A stretch of DNA of 64,000 bases from Candidatus Hodarchaeota archaeon (GCA_048886685.1 JBHLKM010000007.1:64001-128000), one strand, 5' to 3'; positions 46,179-55,932 are shown, counted from the stretch's first letter. Notes: generated by a model not told the origin, from the sequence alone. Program-made: numbers and translations.

Positions 46179-47627
46179 ATGATTTACATGGAAGAGGATT
46201 TACTTACTAAGTTTCTTAAATTAATGTCATCCTCGATAACTGATTCCGATCTTGAATTAATCAAACTTGGAAACTCATTAGGCTTAGATTTGGTATCTTT
46301 CGCAGAATTAAGAGCTTCACAAGAGGACGCTTTTGTAGATCTTATTAGAGATAAAGCATTAGAGAAAATGAAAAAAAATGAAGATAATATCCTAATTAAT
46401 AACGACTTCTTTTACTCTGGGAGTATCGATTTCATGGTATCTGATGAACCTGAAGGAAAAAAATTTTTTCTGTTGGAAACAAATGGTGGGTCACATAGAG
46501 GACTGTCTATAATTACCAAAAAACAGCAAGCTTTATTATATAATGGATACCTTGAAGCCATCTATCAAGCGATTAAGAAAAAAGAAAGGAGAGACGATAA
46601 AGTTTTTGTATTAATTGGAGTACCGATTAATGATGCTTTAATCCATGAAAAAGTAATTATGATAGAGTATTTCAGAAAAACTCTTAAATCAGAAGGATAT
46701 AGTGTAAAAATTTTCAATAGAGAAAGTTTTAATATCGATTTTAAAGCGAAGATTATTTTTCTAATAGCAGATTATAGACAACTTTCTACTTCTCTGTCAT
46801 TTACTGATAATTTTATTAAATACAAAGGTGAAGAAATAAGTGTTTTAATCGGTGATGGTATTACAAGACGTATTAACGTTAAAAAATTTCAAGAGCAAAT
46901 AAAAAAAGATTTTCGAAAGATTAAAACAATAATTGTGAATCCAATTTTCAAAGTCACTGATGATAAATCTTTAACATACCTGGCGAGTTTTCTTAGTAAA
47001 GATATTTTAAAAAAGTATAATCTTAGATATTTACTGTTTACTAAAGCTTATAATGAGAAAGATTTAATAGGTAAATTAAGTTTTCTTTTAAAGAATTACG
47101 ATAAATCATTTATTATTAAACCTAGTGGGGGTTCGGGAGGGGCTGGAGTTATTCCTATTTCTAAAGATGAACAATCAACTAATTTAAAAGAAATTATTGA
47201 AACGAGTAAAAAGGAATTTTTTGCTAAATTTATGAAAAGTCGTAATCCGTACCCATACACTATACAAGAAAAAGCAAATTTTTCTTTAATTGATTGGGGT
47301 GATAAAAAACATACATTTGACTTAAGGTTTTATTTAGCTCAAAGTAGAGGGAAGGTAATACCAATTGGAGGATTAGGAAGAATTGCACGCGGGAGTTTTA
47401 CAGATGGATTGAATAAAGAAGAGTTTGTTGTTAACTTATCAGGTTATGATGGTCAAATAGAAGTGAAAAGGGGTATTGGTTTTTCTAATGAAACGAGCAA
47501 ACTGTTAAACTTAACTGAGGAAGACTTTATAAATATGTTTTGTATAGGATGTGTACTATTTGCCACGATTGTTAAAAATTATAATAAGATCGTACATTTT
47601 TCTAATTGGGATAAAATCATTGGTTAA
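46179..47627 (+). CDS. Circularly permuted ATP-grasp ligase
   Basis: The metal-binding motif SIDF...FFLLETNG lies N-terminal to DDK, IIKPSGGSGGAGV, YTIQE, FDLRFY and VVNLSG. Confidence 0.75.
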   Translation: MIYMEEDLLTKFLKLMSSSITDSDLELIKLGNSLGLDLVSFAELRASQEDAFVDLIRDKALEKMKKNEDNILINNDFFYSGSIDFMVSDEPEGKKFFLLETNGGSHRGLSIITKKQQALLYNGYLEAIYQAIKKKERRDDKVFVLIGVPINDALIHEKVIMIEYFRKTLKSEGYSVKIFNRESFNIDFKAKIIFLIADYRQLSTSLSFTDNFIKYKGEEISVLIGDGITRRINVKKFQEQIKKDFRKIKTIIVNPIFKVTDDKSLTYLASFLSKDILKKYNLRYLLFTKAYNEKDLIGKLSFLLKNYDKSFIIKPSGGSGGAGVIPISKDEQSTNLKEIIETSKKEFFAKFMKSRNPYPYTIQEKANFSLIDWGDKKHTFDLRFYLAQSRGKVIPIGGLGRIARGSFTDGLNKEEFVVNLSGYDGQIEVKRGIGFSNETSKLLNLTEEDFINMFCIGCVLFATIVKNYNKIVHFSNWDKIIG

Positions 47628-47630
47628 ATT

Positions 47631-48797
47631 ATGATAAACGCAGAAATTTTAAAAGATTTATTGTTTTTACCTAACAGACGTAAAATATTTGATAAAATCC
47701 TAAATACTCTAAAAAATTTTTCACATTTAAGTGATATTCATTATTTCGAATTTGATATATCAGAAGGTAAAATTCCGGTTATTGTAATTGCAAAATCATT
47801 GAATCCTGAAGAAGTTAGTTACTTAAAATTGTTTGTTGGGGCTCAGCATAATGAATACAACGGGCTCTTCGGAATTATTGAGTTCTTAAAGATGATAGAA
47901 AAATCGATAATACCTCTTGATGAAATTTTGATAAATAACCAGATTATAATTTTCGCTCCTCTGATGAATCCTTATGGTTTCTTAAATCCAAAAAATAATA
48001 ATAAATCAGGATATTATCTAAAAAATGGAACAAATTTAAATCGTTATTGGAGAAGAACTTTTGCTCCAGGATATAAGAATGATGAGAATGATTTAAATAA
48101 TTATCCCATTCCAGAACATGCTAGAATTTTATATAACATCCTTGAAAAATATTGGAAAAAGAATAATATCCCAATATACATTCTAGATTTTCATGAAACA
48201 TCATTACTTGAAAGATTTTTGACAGATTTAACTAATAATTTACAAAAGAAATCAATTACTTACAAATTTTCTCATTGGCTTAAGGAGGGAATAATCTTTA
48301 ACATTGTTAAACTATATAATATCCCTTACTCTAGAAAACCCTTATTTTATAGATGTAATTCTAATGCAGATCATACTCATATAAACTTTACAATTAGACA
48401 ATTAGATACAGTATACCAACACCTCCAAGAATATATATCCCAAAATCATGGAAAATTAGCATTCTATTTTTGTTATAGTAATAGAAGTAAGGAATTTTGT
48501 GAAAAGTTGGCATCAAATGTATATAATAGATTAACCGATATACTATGGGAAACTTATTTTCCTGCATTTAATCATCATTTCCATGACCATGGTTGTTTTG
48601 TAAACATGAATGATGCCACAAAAAGAAAAGGTGTATATTCTATGGAATTAGAGTCTCAAAAACAATTTTTTGATATTTTTGATGAAGTTGATAAGTCTAA
48701 AACAGATAGTAATTATTTTGAAAATAAAATTAAAATAATAAAAATGAGTACTCAATTAGTTGTAGAGTCAATAAGAGAATTATTAACTCTTTTCTAG
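47631..48797 (+). CDS. M14-family zinc carboxypeptidase-like protein
   Basis: GAQHNE, PLMNPYGF, NLNRYW, LDFHE, SMELE; starts 3 bp after the ATP-grasp stop. Confidence 0.75.
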   Translation: MINAEILKDLLFLPNRRKIFDKILNTLKNFSHLSDIHYFEFDISEGKIPVIVIAKSLNPEEVSYLKLFVGAQHNEYNGLFGIIEFLKMIEKSIIPLDEILINNQIIIFAPLMNPYGFLNPKNNNKSGYYLKNGTNLNRYWRRTFAPGYKNDENDLNNYPIPEHARILYNILEKYWKKNNIPIYILDFHETSLLERFLTDLTNNLQKKSITYKFSHWLKEGIIFNIVKLYNIPYSRKPLFYRCNSNADHTHINFTIRQLDTVYQHLQEYISQNHGKLAFYFCYSNRSKEFCEKLASNVYNRLTDILWETYFPAFNHHFHDHGCFVNMNDATKRKGVYSMELESQKQFFDIFDEVDKSKTDSNYFENKIKIIKMSTQLVVESIRELLTLF

Positions 48798-48818
48798 TTT
48801 TTTAATTGTTAGGAATCT

Positions 48819-49001
48819 TTAAGTAATAGAAGATTGTAATTTTTCTTCTTTAGAGTCAAGTCTATTCAAACATTTTACGTGATAATAATAAGATTTTACT
48901 CCATGAAATTTGCCATATTTTACATTTCCCAACGTGAACTGAAATGTATTTCTTAAATTTTTAGTTTCAATAAATCTCCCGCATATTTTGCATTCATACA
49001 T
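48819..49001 (-). CDS. Small Zn-finger protein
   Basis: CKICGR...YYHVKC (C2HC pattern as in PARP/LIM-like fingers). Confidence 0.6.
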   Translation of the reverse strand: MYECKICGRFIETKNLRNTFQFTLGNVKYGKFHGVKSYYYHVKCLNRLDSKEEKLQSSIT

Positions 49002-49077
49002 TTAAAATAAGTTATAGATTTTATCAGAAGAAGTTTAGAATGAAGTTATTTAAACTAAACCAAATATGAAAATTATT

Positions 49078-50091
49078 TTAATCTTCTGAGTTATTGAAAT
49101 TTAAGAATCTAAGTGTTGCACCAACCAACGCAGGTTCGTTTTTCTTTTGAGAATGGCCCCCTTTTGCTAAAATCAATGCATTTTTTTCAGGAGTCTCTAA
49201 AATTAATGCATTTTCTTTAAAATTTCTGAATTTTATTACTCTATCATTTTTACAATGGATTAACATAACTCGTTTTGAATATTTCTTCCATTGATCTAGA
49301 GGAATATTGTTCTTTGCTTTTTTAATAATTAAATAGGGTGACAATTTTTTATTTTCTTCATTACTCGGAAAGAGTTTTACACCTTTCATTAAATAACTTA
49401 ATGTAATTATAGGATTGAATTTTGGAATATTTTGTTTATAATAAGACATTGAGGAGATGGCAATTATTTTCTCTACATCCTTATTTTGAAATCCTCCTCC
49501 TAACACCGTCAATGCGCCAACACTAAATCCTATACAATAGATTTTTAATTTTGAATAATCATCATCAGATTTTATCCATTTGATTATATGGTTAAAATCT
49601 TCAATCCTTTTTATAAAATCACTCCTGTGTCCCGTTTTCTTAGATTTCCCTGTGCCTCTGGCATCATATGCTAACACTACATAACCTTGATAAGCAAGTG
49701 GATAATAAAAATACTCAAGTGTTTCTTTCGTGTCTGAAAACCCATGACAAACAATAATTATCGCATTTTTTAATTTTGTTTTTGCTTGATTCTTGCTTTT
49801 TACCAGATTTGCTGACAAAAATCCACCTGCAACGTTTATTTTTACTGTTGATACTTTTAAATCTTCATGATAAAGTTTTGGCCAACGATCAAACCAGAGA
49901 TCGCGAAATGAAAAATATATTTCAAAAGGAGTATAGACGATTAAGAAGGTAGTTATTGATAATATAAAACATCTTGAGAAATCAGCAGTATAACATAGAT
50001 TTCCTAACGAGATATTTACTTCCCAAATATACCAGCAAAATAATACATCAATAAAGATTAAAATAATACGTTTGTGTGTATTTGAAAGCAA
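49078..50091 (-). CDS. Membrane-anchored alpha/beta hydrolase
   Basis: Two N-terminal TM helices; CHGF, YDARG.GKS, GFSVG (nucleophile Ser), NDRVI (Asp), GGH (His). Confidence 0.88.
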   Translation of the reverse strand: MLSNTHKRIILIFIDVLFCWYIWEVNISLGNLCYTADFSRCFILSITTFLIVYTPFEIYFSFRDLWFDRWPKLYHEDLKVSTVKINVAGGFLSANLVKSKNQAKTKLKNAIIIVCHGFSDTKETLEYFYYPLAYQGYVVLAYDARGTGKSKKTGHRSDFIKRIEDFNHIIKWIKSDDDYSKLKIYCIGFSVGALTVLGGGFQNKDVEKIIAISSMSYYKQNIPKFNPIITLSYLMKGVKLFPSNEENKKLSPYLIIKKAKNNIPLDQWKKYSKRVMLIHCKNDRVIKFRNFKENALILETPEKNALILAKGGHSQKKNEPALVGATLRFLNFNNSED

Positions 50092-50161
50092 AATATTCCA
50101 CTAAAAAAGATAATCAAGGATGATATAAATGATTAAATAATAAAAAAATAATATATTTTTT

Positions 50162-50491
50162 TTATGGCTGCTTTGGTTTTGGACACCCATAATCATGAGC
50201 AATTTTACAATCTGGTTTGCTCTTCAAACCTGGACAAGGTTTACATTTTACATCTCGTAACATCTTAACAACTTCATCAACTTCCATCCCAAATTCTTCA
50301 TCTTCAGTCTCCTCCTCGATCATTTCATCATCATCCGGTATTTCATAAACAATATCTTCTTCTAAATTATCTTTCCAATCATTTAGATCTAATATTTCAT
50401 CTCCATCTTCATCTATTTTTCCACTTGGAAGTTCAAGATCTTCTTCTTCAATTGGAGCACCCTTTTTTTTAGCCATAATTCTTATTCCCAA
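50162..50491 (-). CDS. Highly acidic small protein with C-terminal Cys cluster
   Basis: D/E-rich centre; CKPCPG....PDC.....GCP. The start is likely MAKKK (about 50476). Confidence 0.7.
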   Translation of the reverse strand: MGIRIMAKKKGAPIEEEDLELPSGKIDEDGDEILDLNDWKDNLEEDIVYEIPDDDEMIEEETEDEEFGMEVDEVVKMLRDVKCKPCPGLKSKPDCKIAHDYGCPKPKQP

Positions 50492-50587
50492 TTCTAATTG
50501 ATTTTAATAATTATTATTTTGAATAAATAATATTTGTTAAAATTTAATTTTAATTCGATGATCCAAAGACAATTTTAAAATAACATT

Positions 50588-52672
50588 TTATTTAAAATTA
50601 TTTTTCATTAGGTTGTTCAACTGATTTTTTAATCCTTTTATATTTTGTAATCGGGTATAGAGTCTTTTTATTTTAGATAAAACAGAATCTAATTCATCTA
50701 ATGAAAAGATTTTATAATTTTTAATATAGAATCGAGGAATTAAAAATTTGTATGGAACTTTATACGGTTCTATTTTTAAATCTAATAAATCTCTTAATAA
50801 ATTGTAATCTAAATTAGACTTTAAATAAAACTCATCTAAAAATAATAAATTCACTAAAGAATTGCTCAACCTTTTGAAAAATGTAAGATAACGTACGATC
50901 TCATCATAGCTTTTGTGATTAAATTTCTCGATAATTGGATTTCCTACAATTTTAGGCGCTGTTGAATCAAAATCATATTTTAACTGTGAAAGAAGTTGCA
51001 AAATTTTACCCAGTTGTGATAGAAACGAAGGAAATTTGTTTGGTAATGGTAATCGTTTAATGAAACTCCCATTAAATCGTAAATAACCTCCAGCCATGTG
51101 AAGAGAACTAAATAATGTTTTAAACACTGTATCTAATAAGTTTGAGTTTAATATTGTTAAGAGGCAATAAAGGATCTCAGTATTTACCGAAGGGATTCTT
51201 ATGAAATATAACCCGGTTATATTAGTAAATATCCCGGAATCATAAGAACAAGTTAAATCTTTAGCTATTTCTCTGAAAATTATTTTTTCGTTGTTGAGTT
51301 CTTGCCAAATCGGTTTAAAAGTATGATCGTAATTAAAATATGAAATTCCAATATCTCGTTTGGCTATTTTTATCCTTCTATCAAATTTAATATGATACTT
51401 ACCGATATTTCCTGTCCCGATCAACAAGAGATCCTTATCAGATTGGGATTTTTCGCTGATATTATCAAAAAATTTACTATATTTCAAAAATCCATAGGGA
51501 CGATATATGATTTTTAAATCCCTAAACGTATCCTTAACTAATTTAAATTTATTATACAAATATTCAATTAAATCAATATTACCTGAAATAGGAATAACAT
51601 AAGATGGAAGAATTTTAATTAATTTCTGAGGTAATTTAATTAATTTTGTCCTATTAAAGGTCAGAAGATCGTCGAGATCATCAAATTTTCTTATATTAAT
51701 CTCAAACATATCATCGGGATTACTTTTTTTAAAATATATAATTATTGGATATGTTGCTGCTTTTTGAAAAATAGATAAAGAAGAACTATTATCAATTTCT
51801 CTTAGTTCAATGTTTTCAATTAGGATTTCTCGAATTTTAATTCCATAATCAGCCGATAAAAATTTGTTAGGTAAAATTAAGGAAAGATAACCATTCTCTT
51901 TCAATAATTCAATAGATTTTTCAATAAATACAACGGAGAGATCGAATAATTTATACGCTGACATAAACCTTTCATATAGTTTGCTTTTGTACTCAGTATC
52001 TAGTTTCTTATTTTCAACATAGGGAGGATTTCCTATTATTATATCAAACATTCCAGATTCAAGCTCCAAAAGAAAGTCTAAGTTGAATATATTGAGTTTA
52101 ACATCAATCCTATTGATAAACTTGTCAATTTTTTCTAAGCTTAATCTTTTTATGTTGAAATCAGGAAGACTATGTTTGGTTTCATTACCAGAAATAAGCC
52201 ATGAAATTAAACGTAATTTTGTGATGATATATGCAAATTTTTCAATTTCAATCCCATAAAGGTTTTCTTGTAAAATTTTTCGTTTTATTTCATAATCGTC
52301 TAATCCAGAATCTAGAATTTTATAAAATTGATAAAGATTTTTAGCAGAAGAAATTATAAACCTTCCAGATCCACAAGCAGGATCCAAAATTTTAATATTT
52401 TCGAGCTTTTTGAGAAATTTTTTTTTAAGATAATGGTTTTCAGATAAATCCTGTAACATAAATTCAAAAGAGGAATTATTTTCAGAGGTTTTTGCATTTT
52501 TAAAGAAGTCTTCAAAATATAATTTGAATACATTTGAAAAAATATAATCAACAATAAACTCTGGAGTATATATTACTCCTAAACTCCTATCATTAATTTT
52601 ACTATTAGCTTTTTTGTTCTCAAAGTCTTTAATAATATTATTCAGATACGTCAAAAAATCGTGAGTCGACAA
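50588..52672 (-). CDS. N6-adenine DNA methyltransferase (Eco57I/TaqI-like) with target-recognition domain
   Basis: YTP..IV, ILDPACGSG.F, YGIEI, FDIIIGNPPY, C-terminal ILNS....F...(TaqI_C-like)...LPLP. Confidence 0.9.
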   Translation of the reverse strand: MSTHDFLTYLNNIIKDFENKKANSKINDRSLGVIYTPEFIVDYIFSNVFKLYFEDFFKNAKTSENNSSFEFMLQDLSENHYLKKKFLKKLENIKILDPACGSGRFIISSAKNLYQFYKILDSGLDDYEIKRKILQENLYGIEIEKFAYIITKLRLISWLISGNETKHSLPDFNIKRLSLEKIDKFINRIDVKLNIFNLDFLLELESGMFDIIIGNPPYVENKKLDTEYKSKLYERFMSAYKLFDLSVVFIEKSIELLKENGYLSLILPNKFLSADYGIKIREILIENIELREIDNSSSLSIFQKAATYPIIIYFKKSNPDDMFEINIRKFDDLDDLLTFNRTKLIKLPQKLIKILPSYVIPISGNIDLIEYLYNKFKLVKDTFRDLKIIYRPYGFLKYSKFFDNISEKSQSDKDLLLIGTGNIGKYHIKFDRRIKIAKRDIGISYFNYDHTFKPIWQELNNEKIIFREIAKDLTCSYDSGIFTNITGLYFIRIPSVNTEILYCLLTILNSNLLDTVFKTLFSSLHMAGGYLRFNGSFIKRLPLPNKFPSFLSQLGKILQLLSQLKYDFDSTAPKIVGNPIIEKFNHKSYDEIVRYLTFFKRLSNSLVNLLFLDEFYLKSNLDYNLLRDLLDLKIEPYKVPYKFLIPRFYIKNYKIFSLDELDSVLSKIKRLYTRLQNIKGLKNQLNNLMKNNFK

Positions 52673-52826
52673 CTTATCTATTGAAAGTAAACAATTTTTA
52701 GAATTTTCTGTTATTTTTGTTTTTAAATTAGATTTCCTTATTAATAAAAATTATAGAAATAATATTAAAAATAGGAAAATAATAAATAGAGAAAATTTCT
52801 TATAAAATTCCTTAAAGAGGATAGCT

Positions 52827-53726
52827 ATGATTGAATTAGCATTTCTAAAAGATTTGATTAAGAATCCATTATTATTATCTGGCTTAAGATTTGATGATAT
52901 TTCGAAAATTCTACAAATAGCTAAAGATATTTTTGAAAAAGAAAATCTCCTGTTAGAGTTCAATTTGACAGATAAAGAGAAGGAGATTTATATTATTGGG
53001 GATATCCATGGAAATTTAGACACATTATTGAAACTAATTGAAATCATAAATGAAAATAAGCCAGAAATAGTTATCTTCTTAGGAGATATTGTTGATCGTG
53101 GCCCAAAACAGTTAGAATGTTTATTGATTATACTAGCCTTAAAGATTCTTGATTCTCAAAAATACTTTCTATTAAAAGGAAACCATGAAACCTTAGAAAT
53201 GAACCAATATTACGGATTTTTTCAAGATTTTATTTATAGATTTAAAAATCCTGACAATTTTAGCGAGATATTAAAATTATATAATGTACTTCCTGTATGT
53301 GCCGTCATTAATAATATTATTTTATGTCTCCATGGTGGGATTCCCCAAGATAATGATATTCTCAAAAAATTAAGAGGTATTAAAACAAGAGAAATAGAAT
53401 CAATATTAAAATCAATCTCCTATGGTATATTTCAGATAATTTGGAATGACCCTAAAGCAGGTTTAAAAGGTTTTACAGATAGTTTTAGAGGTTCTGGTAT
53501 TAAATTTTTTGGAGAAGATGTTTTTGATAATTTTATGAAGGAAAATAACCTCAAATTACTTATTAGAGCACATGAATGCTTTCCAGAAGGATATAGGTGG
53601 TTCTTTAACAATCATTTGTTATCGATATTCTCAAGTGCTAATTATCGAGGTATATACTCTCAAAACCCAGCTTCGTATGCGATAATTAAGGATGACAAAA
53701 TCATCCCAAAACTATTAGAGTTATAA
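52827..53726 (+). CDS. PPP-family Ser/Thr protein phosphatase (PP1/PP2A-like)
   Basis: GDIHG, GDIVDRG, GNHE, HGG, WNDP, IRAHE..PEGY, FSSANY. Confidence 0.94.
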   Translation: MIELAFLKDLIKNPLLLSGLRFDDISKILQIAKDIFEKENLLLEFNLTDKEKEIYIIGDIHGNLDTLLKLIEIINENKPEIVIFLGDIVDRGPKQLECLLIILALKILDSQKYFLLKGNHETLEMNQYYGFFQDFIYRFKNPDNFSEILKLYNVLPVCAVINNIILCLHGGIPQDNDILKKLRGIKTREIESILKSISYGIFQIIWNDPKAGLKGFTDSFRGSGIKFFGEDVFDNFMKENNLKLLIRAHECFPEGYRWFFNNHLLSIFSSANYRGIYSQNPASYAIIKDDKIIPKLLEL

Positions 53727-53803
53727 TCCTATTATAAATCTACGGTTTTGTGAGATATAAATAGGATTTAATCGTGAAGAATATGAGATCTTTTGCCCCT
53801 AAA

Positions 53804-54067
53804 TTATGTAATTTGAGAGGCGTCTGGTTTTATGAAGAGAAGGTTATTCCCACGAATGAATATCTCATTGTATTTTGCAACAGGCGTTCCTTCTAGAAGT
53901 TCCGTAGCATCTTCTAATATCATGTTCATGTAAGCATCGATTTCTTTTAATAATCCTTTATATTCTGTACCATCTTTTAATCTAAGTAAAATAATGCTGT
54001 TTTGTGCGGCCTGTAATATGGAGAGAGGATTTTTTGACCTCTGCTGATTGTTATTCCTATAAGACAT
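53804..54067 (-). CDS. Sm/LSm-like archaeal protein (SmAP)
   Basis: LKDG.EY.G.L...D.YMNMILEDA.E; IFIRGNN. Confidence 0.95.
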   Translation of the reverse strand: MSYRNNNQQRSKNPLSILQAAQNSIILLRLKDGTEYKGLLKEIDAYMNMILEDATELLEGTPVAKYNEIFIRGNNLLFIKPDASQIT

Positions 54068-54184
54068 ATTAAAACCTTATTTTAATAAAATTATAATTAT
54101 ATTTATTGAAAAGATAATTTAAAGATAAATTTTTTTCAATTAAAACCTTTTTATCGATATTAAAAATAGAAAGATTAAAGTTCT

Positions 54185-54793
54185 TTGGTTTTATTATTGA
54201 AAAGACATTTTAAGGCTCTGAGTAAGAAGAAAAAGGTTATTGAAAATTATAACTTAACATCACATTTTTACGATAAAAGATATAAGAAAATCCAAGGAAA
54301 AAAATATGGGATAATTCTAAATAATTATCAATTAAAAGAGAAAAGAGTTTTAGATGTGGGATGTGGTACAGGACTTTTGATTGAATTTATTTTGAATAAT
54401 GAGATTTACAACTCGGATTTAAGTTGTAATTTTGTAGCAATAGATATTTCATGGAATATGCTGCGAGAATTTAGGTCAAAACTATTGAAGATAAAAAGTA
54501 AAGCTAATATCTCCTTGATGTTATCAGATATAGAAAATTTACCGTTTCGAGATAGTACTTTTAATCTAATTTTTTCATTCACGTCTTTTCAAAATCTAAA
54601 TGAAATTCGGGAAGGAATTCAAGAATTATTTAGAGTGGCTTCGATTAACAGTGATTTAAAATTCTCAATCTTAAAAAAGAAACTTCAATTAGATGCTTTA
54701 GTTGATTTTTTAAAACTTAACATTAAAAATCTTGAGATAATTAACGAGGATTATTTAGAAGATTTTATAATACAAGGAAAAATATTCAAATAA
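54185..54793 (+). CDS. Class I SAM-dependent methyltransferase
   Basis: YD.RY, VLDVGCGTG, IDIS..ML, DIENLPFRD..F. Confidence 0.88.
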   Translation: MVLLLKRHFKALSKKKKVIENYNLTSHFYDKRYKKIQGKKYGIILNNYQLKEKRVLDVGCGTGLLIEFILNNEIYNSDLSCNFVAIDISWNMLREFRSKLLKIKSKANISLMLSDIENLPFRDSTFNLIFSFTSFQNLNEIREGIQELFRVASINSDLKFSILKKKLQLDALVDFLKLNIKNLEIINEDYLEDFIIQGKIFK

Positions 54794-54816
54794 TTATTTT
54801 AGTTGCATTTATATCT

Positions 54817-55692
54817 TTACGTATAAAAGCTAGTTATAATTTCATCCACATTAGTCTCAATATTAAATTTCTTTTTAAAATAATTACAAATATTAGTGAT
54901 ATCTCTTTCTAAAAGTGTATTTGCATTGGGATGATCACTTGGTATCCATTGTAACCAATCAATAATTAAAATTTTTCCTCTCTCACTCACAACAATGTTA
55001 AATTCACCTAAATCTCCATGAATCATATGTGCCTTTTGATAAATTATTTTCATTTGCTTAATAATGCGTTTAAAAATCTTTAATGGATTTTTAATTTGTT
55101 TATAATAAATCAACTCCTTTCCCCTTAAATAAGACATAACAATGATATGACGGTTATATGCAATTGGTTTGGGCGTATTTAACTTTAATTTAAACATTTT
55201 AGTCAATGCCTCAAATTCCTTTTTAGCAGCAAGTCGATTTATATAAAGCCATGATAGATGGCCTCGCTCACCTATGATATCCCTGTACATTTTAATATTT
55301 CTAAAGCTTGCGCGCCCCATACGATAAAATTTTAAGGCAAAGATTTTTTCATTGTCATCCATACAACTATATACATCTGATTCTTTTCCTTTTCCGATTA
55401 AAGGTCCAAGTTGGCTTATTATATTTTTTTCCACTAATGTATGTAAAGCAAGCAAATCATATGCTTTTGAATTAAGGGTATAGGCAATTTCATATTGTGA
55501 AGCATTTCTTATTATTAAATCAAGTTTATGAACTTTATTCAAACGGAAGAGAGTTTCTTCCATTTTATATCTTGAATAAAATTTTATATTATTGATTGTG
55601 ACATATTCAGATCTCTTCATTCCAATCTCTATTGCCATGAGGATTCGAAAATCCTCTTTTTCCAAACTCTTGAGAAGATTTGCGGCTTCCAC
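54817..55692 (-). CDS. rio2: RIO2 serine/threonine kinase
   Basis: N-terminal wHTH (DFRILMAIE.GM), GKGKESDVY, KF.R.GR.SFR, IHGDL.EFNI, IIDW.Q. Confidence 0.94.
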   Translation of the reverse strand: MEAANLLKSLEKEDFRILMAIEIGMKRSEYVTINNIKFYSRYKMEETLFRLNKVHKLDLIIRNASQYEIAYTLNSKAYDLLALHTLVEKNIISQLGPLIGKGKESDVYSCMDDNEKIFALKFYRMGRASFRNIKMYRDIIGERGHLSWLYINRLAAKKEFEALTKMFKLKLNTPKPIAYNRHIIVMSYLRGKELIYYKQIKNPLKIFKRIIKQMKIIYQKAHMIHGDLGEFNIVVSERGKILIIDWLQWIPSDHPNANTLLERDITNICNYFKKKFNIETNVDEIITSFYT

Positions 55693-55932
55693 ATTAATTC
55701 AGCTAAAAATTAAATTTTCGGGATGTGTTCAGAAATGGTATTAATTTATTTATTTTGTGATTAAAGCTGTTGTTTCTCTTTTATCCATTTAGATTTAGAA
55801 TCGTCAAAATTGTATGTTCTTAGCACAAGATATTTAACTAAAATTAGTTTTTAATTTTTTCCATAACAAAGTAATAAGAAAAAACAAGTAAAAATTAGGA
55901 AATTCTCAATTGATTCTTTTAGGCTTAAAAAC

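Noticed and set aside
46179-47627. True tubulin-tyrosine-ligase orthologue
   Set aside because: FDLR resembles TTL, but the E-x-N motif is N-terminal (permuted), unlike TTL/TTLL; kept only as a functional analogy.
1594-52963. Other short overlapping ORFs in the track (e.g. 1594, 3947, 7472, 9330, 10770, 10841, 13931, 15887, 16590, 17415, 18664, 20847, 22705, 25407, 29651, 30118, 30203, 30682, 34234, 34679, 35139, 35819, 36106, 36747, 36999, 41749, 42313, 52354, 52751)
   Set aside because: All lie within or opposite well-supported genes and show no recognisable motifs.
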